Of a DNA stretch of 64,000 nt, positions 43,955 through 53,524 are shown piece by piece; the stretch's first letter is position 1; each line of letters begins with the position of its first letter. The notes beneath the pieces were generated by a model. The model was not told the DNA's origin, did not search any database, and saw only the letters and a list, made by a program, of their open reading frames with translations. The position numbers and the translations under genes were made by a program. Source of the DNA: Clostridia bacterium (lineage in GTDB: Bacteria > Bacillota > Clostridia > Christensenellales > DTU072); NCBI GenBank assembly GCA_017504305.1, contig JAFVRJ010000008.1, positions 3,477 through 67,476 on the forward strand, read 5' to 3'.

Positions 43955-44254
43955 ATGGAATCTAAGTTTTCTGGCGGACTTCTTGGAATGATCGGCATTG
44001 GCATTTTGCAGGCTCTTATCACTGTCTGTACCCTTGGTTTGGGCGTTCCGTGGGCTGTCTGTTTAAAGGAGCGTTGGTACGTAAATCACACCACAATCGA
44101 CGGACATCAGCTCACTTTTGACGGAACCGGGGGACAGCTTTTTGGCAACTACATCAAATGGTTCCTTTTGTGCATTATCACTTTTGGTATCTATTGCTTC
44201 TGGCTCGCAATCAAAATGAAGCAGTGGGTAACAAAACATACTCATATGGTATAA
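43955..44254 (+). CDS. DUF898 (YjgN)-like small membrane protein
   Basis: ATG 43955 after GGGAGG. Two hairpin TM pairs with 'TLGLGVPWA' and 'ITFGIYCFW' signatures. Confidence 0.65.
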   Translation: MESKFSGGLLGMIGIGILQALITVCTLGLGVPWAVCLKERWYVNHTTIDGHQLTFDGTGGQLFGNYIKWFLLCIITFGIYCFWLAIKMKQWVTKHTHMV

Positions 44255-44314
44255 TCGCAACACGTTAACACCGAAGAAATAGTGGCATCTTTTTTGTCAA
44301 TACATCTCAAAAAT

Positions 44315-44345
44315 AAAGCACTGCAACGCAGTGCTTTTATTTTTC
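44315..44345 (+). terminator. Terminator after the DUF898 gene
   Basis: Hairpin aaagcactgc-aac-gcagtgcttt followed by a T-rich run. Confidence 0.75.
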
Positions 44346-44436
44346 AATTCTCTATTTGAAGCGGATTGTTTTTTATTAATTATGCAAAATACTATTAAGT
44401 CCGCTATTAATTTACTTTTTCTTAATTTTGCCAATA

Positions 44437-44465
44437 TTGACACGTAGCGCGCGCGTATGTATAAT
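44437..44465 (+). promoter_or_regulatory. Consensus sigma-A promoter of the lipoprotein-RND operon
   Basis: TTGACA, 17 nt (cgtaGCGCGCGCGtatg), TATAAT. Lies 30 nt before ATG 44495. Confidence 0.7.
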
Positions 44466-44494
44466 GAATTATATATACATATTTTGGGTGGCGT

Positions 44495-45895
44495 ATGAAA
44501 TTTTTAAAAAAATATGTTATTATTACACTTCTTATTTCTATGGTTGCATGTCTTTTTGCATGTAACGACAATGAAGATGGTGGGACTTTAGTAAAAGAAG
44601 CATTTGCGACAGCAGTAGCCAATACTGACAACGCAAACGTTAAACAAATCAACTCGAATTTTGATTTAAAGTTTATTTTCTATGATGCTTCGGGTGTACC
44701 CTGTACCATCCACGAGAACCTTGCTTTACGTCGTATTAACGATGGACAAACCCAATATATGGATGGTTCTATTAAAACCGTAGAATTAGGCGGTTATATA
44801 GCTGATCTGCTTAATATGGCCTCCGGTTCTTTAGGTGAGCTTACACAAGAACCTGCTTTCATGGCGATGCTCAACTTTATAAACGGTATCGATTACGTAG
44901 CCTTCCGTGCCGCATTGCATGAAGACTCTTTAAATGTACAACTTGAAAGGGTGCCGGTTACCGAACAACCTCAATATAATTTTAGTGATACCGGTGCAGA
45001 GATGCTTGAGCTTAAGGGCGGTTGGTTTGGCGCAAGTTATGCTGAATTTAAAACCTTTCAAGCAGAAAGCGATTTTAAAGTTATGAGGGAGTTCGATCTA
45101 CTTGACACCGTCATGATGCTTTCATTGCTTCCTGCCGACTGGTCTAAAGCCGTTGACTCTGCAGATGCTCAAAAAGTAGATTATAACGGCGTTGAAGCAA
45201 ATCAATATAGGCTTGCTCTTAATAGGGACGTTATTATTCCCTTCGTCAGATCAACTATTGAGCAAGGTATGCTCGATTTGTTTGGTGAAGATCAAGAGTT
45301 TTATAATGAACTAAACGGCTATTATACTCGCCACGCTGATAAGGTAGTCGATATGTTCACTGTGCCGGATCATACGGTTATTGCTTATACCGATGCATCC
45401 AATCGATTAATGCATACCGAATCCAATTGGGATCTTAAATTCTCAATCAATGTAGATGAAATAGTTGCGATCATGAGAGAAGAAGGCGTTAAGGAGGAAG
45501 AAATCACTGAATTTTCTTCGGTTTTGACGCTTGCTAACACTTTGTTCTTTGGTAGTAGCAATCAATTGAAAGGCGAGTTTGAGTTCGGCTTTAAGATTAC
45601 CATTACCGAAGATTATGCCTACGACAATATTTCTATCGACAAGAGTACTTCATTATTTACTCCGTATGAACAAACTGTTCCCGGCAGATATACTTTTGGC
45701 ATAACGAAGGACGATAAGGGTGAATATAAGTACGTTGAAACCAACGTTCCTTCTGCAGTAGCGGAATATAAAGCTCAAAAGAAGGCTGAAGAAGAAGCTA
45801 AAAAGGCCGAGGAAGAGGCTAAAAAGAAAGCTGAAGAGGAAGCTAAAAAAGAAAACGGTAGCACACAAGAAGGTGGCGGAACCGCGACGACTTAA
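44495..45895 (+). CDS. Lipoprotein of unknown function with a C-terminal (AEEEAKK)n tail
   Basis: Signal peptide plus lipobox 'VACLFAC'. 466 aa. C-terminal 'KKAEEEAKKAEEEAKKKAEEEAKKENG'. Confidence 0.75.
   Translation: MKFLKKYVIITLLISMVACLFACNDNEDGGTLVKEAFATAVANTDNANVKQINSNFDLKFIFYDASGVPCTIHENLALRRINDGQTQYMDGSIKTVELGGYIADLLNMASGSLGELTQEPAFMAMLNFINGIDYVAFRAALHEDSLNVQLERVPVTEQPQYNFSDTGAEMLELKGGWFGASYAEFKTFQAESDFKVMREFDLLDTVMMLSLLPADWSKAVDSADAQKVDYNGVEANQYRLALNRDVIIPFVRSTIEQGMLDLFGEDQEFYNELNGYYTRHADKVVDMFTVPDHTVIAYTDASNRLMHTESNWDLKFSINVDEIVAIMREEGVKEEEITEFSSVLTLANTLFFGSSNQLKGEFEFGFKITITEDYAYDNISIDKSTSLFTPYEQTVPGRYTFGITKDDKGEYKYVETNVPSAVAEYKAQKKAEEEAKKAEEEAKKKAEEEAKKENGSTQEGGGTATT
45785..45853 (+). 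repeat. Three tandem 21-24-nt units encoding AEEEAKK
   Basis: gctgaagaagaagctaaaaag / gccgaggaagaggctaaaaagaaa / gctgaagaggaagctaaaaaagaa. Confidence 0.8.
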
Positions 45896-45960
45896 ACGCT
45901 TTTTATAATTTGTAGTTTGTTTTGGGGGAGAATTATAGAATAACAGTTTAAGGAGCACAT

Positions 45961-48900
45961 ATGCTTTCCAAATATAGCGTTAAGAAGCCTCTTACCGTAG
46001 TTGTTGCGGTAATTATAGTAATTTTATTAGGTGTCGTTTCATATACAAGCCTTGGCGTTGATTTATTGCCGGAAATGGAGCTTCCGTATTTAATTGTTGT
46101 CACTGTTTACGCCGGCGCCGAGCCAGATACAGTTGATAACGAAGTAACCACCCCTTTAGAGGAGTCTTTTGCGACTGTTTCAGGCGTTAAAAGGATAAAT
46201 TCTACCTCTAACGAGCATTACTCGATGATTATTTTAGAGCTTGAGCCGGATAAGGATTCCGCGGCGATGAAGGCGAACCTTAAGGATGCTATTGATTTAA
46301 CTACGCTCCCTGATTCCGATATGCTTGTCGATCCGATGATTATTGAGCTTGATCCCAGTATGCTACCGGTTATGAGCATGAGTGTTAGTTACGATAGCGA
46401 TGACAACGATGCTAAAAATGCATATTTAAAAGAGGTTATTTCTAAACTTAACGCAGTTGATGGCGTTGCTAATATTTCGGAAAGCGGTTTTGTTTCCAAT
46501 TACGTATATTTAAATGCTAATTCTCAAAAGACTTCCAAGCATTTGATCGAGGCATTGGAAGAAAAATTCGGTATTCAATTTGAAATTTCCGAGGAGCTAA
46601 AAGAACAGATACGTGTTGAGCTACGCGATATCGTCAAGGATGCCGAGTCTAACGACTCGCTAAAAACCGAGGGAGAAGTTGATCCTCAAAAGGTTTTAGA
46701 TGCTTTATTAAAAGAGCTTGTTAAAGGCACGGGCGCCGATAGTACCAATAAAGATAATATTATAGGTGAATTCGTTAACGATTACGTTATAAGCGAGTTC
46801 GGTGTAGATGGTGCCGCTCGTACTGCTGCAATTGCTTTTATTAAGATTGCGCTTGAAAACTCATATATTTTAGAAGATGGAGAGGAAAACCAAGCGATTT
46901 ATAACAGTTTGGTCGACGGGCTAATTGATACTACGGTTACCAACTTTGTTGAAGGCTATATGGGGTCGATGCTCAACGTTTTGAGTGAAGACATATTTAA
47001 ACAACTTATTTATGCACAAGACTTCGACATGCCCGCAGGCAGTCTTAAAGAAGGTGCAACGAGTTCGGTTGTAAAGGTCGGCGATAATATTGAAAACCGT
47101 GAAGACTTTATGACTCTACCTGTCTTTACTGTTGACGTTGCACAAGTGCTTCAAGACTATATCGAAAGAATTCGTACCATTTTGTCGCTTGTCGCGACTA
47201 TGAGCGAAGACGGTAAAATAAGTCTTTCGGATGATGATTTAAAGTCTCTTGCATACTCTATCGCAAAGCAAACGCAATCTAACGTTGATTATGCGGAGTG
47301 GGTTGTTGATACCTTAACTTCAGAAAGCGCATATAGCGTTTATTACATATCAAATCCCGCTCAAAAACAATGGGTTGATATGCTCAAGGCAGAGTATCTT
47401 GATGCAGAAAAGACGCTCAACAATCCGTTTTACGATTTAACCGCATCGTGGTCCGATGTTGTACCTATAGAGTGGCGTACAAAGCTTTTAGATTGTGTTG
47501 ATGAAAACGACCTTTTCTTACCCGATGGTGCGATTATTTCGGAAGCCGTTAATTGGGACCAAAGCTACTCTGAATATTATGCCAATAGGTTTGCTTTGAG
47601 CGCTACCGCTTCGATAGCGGATAAACCTCAAGCGGGTAATTACAGAGCATATGCTGATTTAGTAACTTCGCAAGTAACAACGCTTTCACAAGAAAAGGTA
47701 TTGGTTTGGCATGCATATTTGCTTGAAAATGCTTCTTTTAAGTCAGCGGTGGATAATATTACCAATACACCTAAAGCGGATTGGCAAGTAAGTATTTTAG
47801 ATGCTGTGTTGGATGATAGGATTTATCCCGATGATTGGTCTTTTGCTGATAGAACAGGGACGTATCTCGCACTTCAAGTTGCTAAAAATACTCTTACTGC
47901 CAATAGACCCTCCGGCGCAGAAGCCTATGCACGTCTTGCTATTTACAGCGTTGCGGTAACGCAACCGGAAGGCGATTATTACATTTCGCAATCGGCTCGC
48001 GAAGCGTGGGTTCAAACTATTGCTTCAAACGAAGCATTTGTTTCTTTTATTGATACCATTGCCGATAGCGACGACTATATGTATATGGTTTACGACTATC
48101 TTGCAAAGGATGCTAAAGCATACGTTGATGCCGAGAATAAAGAGGGGCTTTCGACGTTATTGCCCGTTGGCTCTGTTGTAAAAGAAGCAAACGTTTGGGA
48201 TGATACGGACAAAGCATTATTCAAAGCAGCAATTGCAAGCAATAAGGTCAATTTTGCATCTGTCGAAGCTTCTCAAAACGAACTAAAGGAAGCCATGGGC
48301 GAAGAACTTTATAACGATTATTATAATTTCTTCCGTAATCGCTCGGCAGAAGACGTATATCAACTATTTAAGGACGTTCTTAACGTCATAGGCGACTTTG
48401 GTGGAGAGGGTGCTGTAACCGAGACCAAAGACACTGAAAGTGGTAAAATAACCCATAAGATTGACGTCCGCAAAATAGAAAACGCGTTAGAACAAAAGAG
48501 TGATGATATTAAAATCACTTTAAAAATGTACGGCCTTTGCGACGTTACTTTCCTCGATGATCTTTCGACACAAGTAACAAAACTTATCCTTGGCATCGAT
48601 AAGGATGACGTTAATATTAGTAACTCTATTCAATTGAGCGTTGATAAAGAGCCGAGCGCTTCAAGTGCCGAGGTTACCAAAGAGCTTAAAGCTGTTCTTG
48701 AAGATATAGCTAAAAAAGATAGTAAATTCAGCTATACCGTTTTAACGGACGATGGCTTGATTATCGACTTTATGTTGGATTCCGTTTTATCAAGCTTATT
48801 GATAGGCGGTTTACTTGCTCTTATAATACTTATATTCTTCCTTAAGGACATCAAGGCTACCCTTGTTATAGGAAGCTCGATTTTGATTAGCGTTTTGACG

Positions 48901-51900
48901 GCAGTAACGCTTATGTATTTTACCGGCGTAAGCCTAAACGTTATATCTCTTGGTGGCTTAACGCTTGGTGTTGGTATGCTTGTAGATAACTCTATTGTTG
49001 TTCTTGAAAACACATATAGGTTAAGGGCAAAGGGCTTTACCGTGTTACAAGCAGCAGTACAGGGCGCGAAGCAAATGCTACCTGCAATCTTCGCTTCAAC
49101 CTTAACTACTATTGTAGTATTCTTGCCGATAGTATTTATTTCCGGTCTTGTAAAAGAAATCTTTTTAGATTTCGCATTGACGATTATTTACTCATTGGGC
49201 GCATCTCTTATTGTGTCGACGACAGTAGTGCCTATGGCTTATAACAGCTTTATGAATCCTTTAGATCTTGGCAAGCAATCTGCTTTAGGTAAAAAGATTA
49301 GGGGCAATAAGCTTTATAAAGCGTTTAATTCCGGCGGTGTTTTGGTAGAAGGTAAAATAGCCCTTAGCGTTAAAAAGGCTTACGTTAAACTATTGAATTG
49401 GTCTTTAAGATTTAAGTTTGTTCCGATCATATTGGTTATTGCTTTGTTTGCAAGCAGTATATACCTTGCATTTACAGGTGGCACGGAATATTTCCCCGAT
49501 TCATACATGGGCTATATCTCAGTTAGTGTAAGTATCGATACTACTAAAATTGATAAAATTAATGAAGGATTAGAGCCTTCCAGTGATAAGTATTATACAT
49601 ATTCGGATGCCGAACAAGACGTTGTAGATACCTTAATTCAAACATTTAGTAAATATAAAGATATTAACGCGGTGGGCGTATCTCGCTCAACCGGCATGTC
49701 GATCGGCGGTATGAATCTTGGTTCGGGTAATATCAATGCAACACTAACTTTGATTGACGAAAAGGATCGTGAGCTTACCGCTCAACAAATTGTTAACGAG
49801 CTTGACAAGGAACTCGATAAGAATGCCAACGGATTGTTTACGTCTTCAGTTTCGATGTATTCATTGTCTTCGTTAATATCGATGTCTGGTGGTTCAATGA
49901 GTTTGTATCTGTACGGTGACGACTACTCGAAGATGCAACAAGAATCGAAAGCTCTTGCGGAAATACTATCAAAAATCGATGGCGTAATTTCCGTTGACGA
50001 CGGCGTCGATGAGGCCAATAAAGAATACAAAATAATAATTGATAAAAATAAAGCAAACCTTTATGGCTTAACGGTTGCTCAAGTTTATTTGCAAGTAAGT
50101 GCAGCTCTTACCGAACCTGCATCTTTGCATACTCTTAAGCTCGACGGCTCTGATAATTCAGGAATAGAAAACTTAAACGTTTATCTATATGACTCTGAAT
50201 ATAATTCGAAGTATTGGTACGCCGGCGTAGATCAAAACGGTAATGATTTGAAAGTATATTTTAAAAACAACGTGTCCGATAATGATTCCGGCTCGTTCAA
50301 CACTTACTACATTAAGAGCGGATTCAATCAAGACACTTACGTTCGTTCAACTATAAACGGTGTACAAAAAGTTCAGCTTGTTCAAAAGGGTGATTTAATA
50401 GAATGTTCACGCGTTGGTAATAAAATTTCTTATGAGTACGCAAACGTCGTTGAACAAGAGGACGGAACTCACCTCATAAACTATACTCCGGTTGAGGTTA
50501 CAATAAACGAGGAGATTAAGTATTACTCTAACGTACGTAATGACATCGATATTTTGACTTTGCCCATTACGTCCGCAAATATGCTTGATGAAAACGCCGA
50601 AACCGAGCAAGTTCCGTTATATAAATTATTGAGCGACGACTGTCTCTTGCGTGATAATAACGGCAATATAATGTATCGCTCATCTATAAACGATGAATTA
50701 ATACCTGTTGGCATACAGCTTGTGGACGGTTACACCTCGATACATCACCAAGAAAGACAAAAATGCATTACACTGACAGTCAATTACAACGAGGATATTA
50801 ATAGTGATACTATTAAGGGTCTTGTGGACGTTGAAGTAGCTAAATACAATAAAACCAAGCCTGTTGGAATCACCGTTTCGACTACGAGATCTCAAGGCGT
50901 TATGGACGGCGTATTTGAAGATTTATTTATGGTGCTTGGTGTTGCAATCATACTAATATTCCTTGTTATGGTTGCTCAGTTCCAATCCTGGAAGTCACCC
51001 TTCATTGTCATGGGAACGGTTGTGCTTGCGTTTACGGGAAGCTTTATAATGTTATGGGCGACCGGGGAGAAGTTGAGCATTATGGCTCTAATCGGTCTTA
51101 TAATTTTGATGGGCGTTGTCGTAAACAACGGGATAGTATTCGTTGATTATGCTAACAACTTGATTGAAAAGGGTTATAGTCGTAGAGAAGCCATGTTAAA
51201 GACAGGCGCAGATAGATTACGTCCGATTATAATGACGGCAATTACCACAGTTTTAGGTATGATGGGTATGGCGCTTGATGGAAGTGACTATGGCTCGTTG
51301 CTACAACCGCTTGCAATTACTTCAATAGGCGGTATGGTGTACGCTACAATTATGACTCTCTTTATCGTCCCGATATTGTACGAATTATTCAATCGTAAGA
51401 CTGGTAAACGTGCGGCTCGTGCTGCTGAATACCGCAACTCTACCCTTGATTTCAAAGAGGATGAGTTTGATCAAGTTGAAAACGACGTTGATAGATTTAT
51501 TAAGTCTGTCGTCAACACCAAAACGGAGGCAAAGGAGCAAGTTTCTGTATCTAAAGATACGGAAAAGCCCGAAAATGCCAAGAACTCGATACGTAAGACG
51601 TCGGCATTATTGCGAGCAATCAAAGGTGGAAAAATAAGAATATATCCGCTCATTGTTGGTTACGTAACTGAAAAATCTAAATGCTTAAGTAAAAAACGTC
51701 ATATAGCCGAAAAGAAAGCCGTTAATGCGTATTTAATAGAATCGCCTAATGGCATTATTCTTGTAAATGCAGGTGTTTCCAACGAGATTCGCTCAAGTAA
51801 AAAAGTTGCAAAACTTTACAAAAAGTATTATGCTAACGTAGAGCTTCCGCAAGGAACTGCAATTAACGAACAATTGTCGGCGCGGGGATATAGTTCTTCA

Positions 51901-52278
51901 GATATTGATTGCGTAGTACTCACCGATTTATCACTGATTAATGCAGGCGGACTTCAATTGGTTAAAAATGCAAAAAAGGTGGTCTACGTTAAAGATAACT
52001 TTAAGAAGCTTGATAAAAAATCGAATAAGCTACTTAAAGAATATTCAGCTGAATTAAACGTTGAGGTTCTCGATTGTTCTATGCCCCATGACTTACTTGG
52101 CGATTCAAAGATATTAATTGATTCTGTTAAAGTAAAAAAATCCGACGTTAATTTCCTAAAAGTTATCGGAGCGGAACAATCAGTTGCTTTAGGGGTACCT
52201 TCTGACGTTGTAGTTGAAGCCACTAAAGTGCTTAATACTTACTTAAAGGATACCAATCTAAAAATGTTGGAAATTTAA
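45961..52278 (+). CDS. Giant RND-superfamily transporter (AcrB/HAE-like) with expanded loops and a C-terminal degenerate MBL (AHL-lactonase-like) domain
   Basis: The N-terminus 'KKPLTVVVAVIIVILLGVVSYTSLGVDLLPEMELPYLIVVTVYAGAEPDTVDNEVTTPLEE' is typical of RND permeases. TM clusters lie at aa ~940-1150 and ~1653-1813. 2105 aa, against ~1040 for AcrB. RBS AAGGAG. Confidence 0.85.
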   Translation: MLSKYSVKKPLTVVVAVIIVILLGVVSYTSLGVDLLPEMELPYLIVVTVYAGAEPDTVDNEVTTPLEESFATVSGVKRINSTSNEHYSMIILELEPDKDSAAMKANLKDAIDLTTLPDSDMLVDPMIIELDPSMLPVMSMSVSYDSDDNDAKNAYLKEVISKLNAVDGVANISESGFVSNYVYLNANSQKTSKHLIEALEEKFGIQFEISEELKEQIRVELRDIVKDAESNDSLKTEGEVDPQKVLDALLKELVKGTGADSTNKDNIIGEFVNDYVISEFGVDGAARTAAIAFIKIALENSYILEDGEENQAIYNSLVDGLIDTTVTNFVEGYMGSMLNVLSEDIFKQLIYAQDFDMPAGSLKEGATSSVVKVGDNIENREDFMTLPVFTVDVAQVLQDYIERIRTILSLVATMSEDGKISLSDDDLKSLAYSIAKQTQSNVDYAEWVVDTLTSESAYSVYYISNPAQKQWVDMLKAEYLDAEKTLNNPFYDLTASWSDVVPIEWRTKLLDCVDENDLFLPDGAIISEAVNWDQSYSEYYANRFALSATASIADKPQAGNYRAYADLVTSQVTTLSQEKVLVWHAYLLENASFKSAVDNITNTPKADWQVSILDAVLDDRIYPDDWSFADRTGTYLALQVAKNTLTANRPSGAEAYARLAIYSVAVTQPEGDYYISQSAREAWVQTIASNEAFVSFIDTIADSDDYMYMVYDYLAKDAKAYVDAENKEGLSTLLPVGSVVKEANVWDDTDKALFKAAIASNKVNFASVEASQNELKEAMGEELYNDYYNFFRNRSAEDVYQLFKDVLNVIGDFGGEGAVTETKDTESGKITHKIDVRKIENALEQKSDDIKITLKMYGLCDVTFLDDLSTQVTKLILGIDKDDVNISNSIQLSVDKEPSASSAEVTKELKAVLEDIAKKDSKFSYTVLTDDGLIIDFMLDSVLSSLLIGGLLALIILIFFLKDIKATLVIGSSILISVLTAVTLMYFTGVSLNVISLGGLTLGVGMLVDNSIVVLENTYRLRAKGFTVLQAAVQGAKQMLPAIFASTLTTIVVFLPIVFISGLVKEIFLDFALTIIYSLGASLIVSTTVVPMAYNSFMNPLDLGKQSALGKKIRGNKLYKAFNSGGVLVEGKIALSVKKAYVKLLNWSLRFKFVPIILVIALFASSIYLAFTGGTEYFPDSYMGYISVSVSIDTTKIDKINEGLEPSSDKYYTYSDAEQDVVDTLIQTFSKYKDINAVGVSRSTGMSIGGMNLGSGNINATLTLIDEKDRELTAQQIVNELDKELDKNANGLFTSSVSMYSLSSLISMSGGSMSLYLYGDDYSKMQQESKALAEILSKIDGVISVDDGVDEANKEYKIIIDKNKANLYGLTVAQVYLQVSAALTEPASLHTLKLDGSDNSGIENLNVYLYDSEYNSKYWYAGVDQNGNDLKVYFKNNVSDNDSGSFNTYYIKSGFNQDTYVRSTINGVQKVQLVQKGDLIECSRVGNKISYEYANVVEQEDGTHLINYTPVEVTINEEIKYYSNVRNDIDILTLPITSANMLDENAETEQVPLYKLLSDDCLLRDNNGNIMYRSSINDELIPVGIQLVDGYTSIHHQERQKCITLTVNYNEDINSDTIKGLVDVEVAKYNKTKPVGITVSTTRSQGVMDGVFEDLFMVLGVAIILIFLVMVAQFQSWKSPFIVMGTVVLAFTGSFIMLWATGEKLSIMALIGLIILMGVVVNNGIVFVDYANNLIEKGYSRREAMLKTGADRLRPIIMTAITTVLGMMGMALDGSDYGSLLQPLAITSIGGMVYATIMTLFIVPILYELFNRKTGKRAARAAEYRNSTLDFKEDEFDQVENDVDRFIKSVVNTKTEAKEQVSVSKDTEKPENAKNSIRKTSALLRAIKGGKIRIYPLIVGYVTEKSKCLSKKRHIAEKKAVNAYLIESPNGIILVNAGVSNEIRSSKKVAKLYKKYYANVELPQGTAINEQLSARGYSSSDIDCVVLTDLSLINAGGLQLVKNAKKVVYVKDNFKKLDKKSNKLLKEYSAELNVEVLDCSMPHDLLGDSKILIDSVKVKKSDVNFLKVIGAEQSVALGVPSDVVVEATKVLNTYLKDTNLKMLEI

Positions 52279-52288
52279 AGGGTGAATT

Positions 52289-53524
52289 ATGCAATTACGA
52301 TATGATAAGGAAATTGTAAATTTTGAGGTTAGTAATAGTCGTCTAATTCGAGAGCTTTTACCCAATCCTGTTGAAGTGGATTCAATAGGGGTTGATGAAG
52401 TCAGACGCGCCCTTCTTAATCCTATAGGTTCTAAAAAGTTATCAGAGCTTGTAAAAGCCGGTGAAAAGGTATGCATTATAACAAGTGATATTACAAGGCC
52501 TATGCCGTCTAAAGTGTGCTTACCTCCGTTATTGGATGAGCTTAATCAATCTGGAGTAAAAGATAGTGATATTTTGATCGTTTTTGCTCTTGGATCTCAT
52601 CGCAACCATACCGAGGAAGAAATGCGTTATTTGGTTGGTGACGAAGTTTATGATAGGATAGAGTGCGTTGACTCCAATCCCGATCGTTGTAAGCGAATAG
52701 GTGTAACATCTAAAGGCACCGTCGTTGATATATTTGATAGGGTTGTCGACTCCGATTTTATCATTTGCATGGGGAATATAGAGTACCATTATTTTGCCGG
52801 GTATAGCGGTGGTGCTAAAGCCATAATGCCCGGGGTTTCAACCAAAGAAGCAATTAGGCAAAACCATAAGATGATGGTTGACCCGAGTGCTTATGCAGGC
52901 AATCTCAATAGCCCGGTTAGACTTGATATTGAGGAAGCTGGCGAACTTCTTGGCATTGATTTTATCCTTAACGTTGTACTTGATGAGCATAAACAAATTA
53001 TTAAAGCCGTTGCAGGGCATCCGGTAAAAGCGCATAGAGTTGGTTGTGCGTTTTTAGATGAACTTTATAGTGTCGGTATCAAGGAAAAAGCAAATATTGT
53101 TGTCGTTAGTGCAGGCGGTTATCCTAAAGACCAAAATATGTACCAAGCACAAAAGGCGTTGGACAACGCAAAGCACGCAGTAAAAGATGGCGGTATCATC
53201 ATATGGCTTGCTTCTTGTAAAGAAGGTTTGGGTAGCGCAGTCTTTGAACAATGGATGACGACTAAGTCGCCAAAGCAAATGATAGAAGATATTAAAAAGG
53301 ATTTTAAACTCGGTGGTCATAAAGCCGCAGCAATCTCTTTAGTGCTCGAAAACGCACGAATCTTTATGGTATCCGATCTTCCAGATGAACTGATTAAAGG
53401 CATCCATTTAGAGCCATTTGGTAGCCTTAACGATGCTTTTATCGAGGCGACTAAAATTCTCGGAGAAGATAGTACCGTTTACGTTATGCCTTATGGTGGC
53501 TCCACTTTGCCCAAGGAGTTATAA
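52289..53524 (+). CDS. larA: LarA-like protein (nickel-pincer-dependent lactate racemase family, DUF2088 N-terminus)
   Basis: 411 aa. 'ALGSHRNH' and 'HYFAGYSGGAKAIMPG' (cofactor-tethering Lys context), then 'NHKMM'. Confidence 0.75.
   Translation: MQLRYDKEIVNFEVSNSRLIRELLPNPVEVDSIGVDEVRRALLNPIGSKKLSELVKAGEKVCIITSDITRPMPSKVCLPPLLDELNQSGVKDSDILIVFALGSHRNHTEEEMRYLVGDEVYDRIECVDSNPDRCKRIGVTSKGTVVDIFDRVVDSDFIICMGNIEYHYFAGYSGGAKAIMPGVSTKEAIRQNHKMMVDPSAYAGNLNSPVRLDIEEAGELLGIDFILNVVLDEHKQIIKAVAGHPVKAHRVGCAFLDELYSVGIKEKANIVVVSAGGYPKDQNMYQAQKALDNAKHAVKDGGIIIWLASCKEGLGSAVFEQWMTTKSPKQMIEDIKKDFKLGGHKAAAISLVLENARIFMVSDLPDELIKGIHLEPFGSLNDAFIEATKILGEDSTVYVMPYGGSTLPKEL

Noticed and set aside
43119-44254. Diversity-generating retroelement (DGR), considered because the four-helix-bundle protein belongs to the Avd family.
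   Set aside because: There is no reverse transcriptase ORF anywhere nearby. I found no second copy (TR/VR pair) of the GC-rich segment elsewhere in the window.
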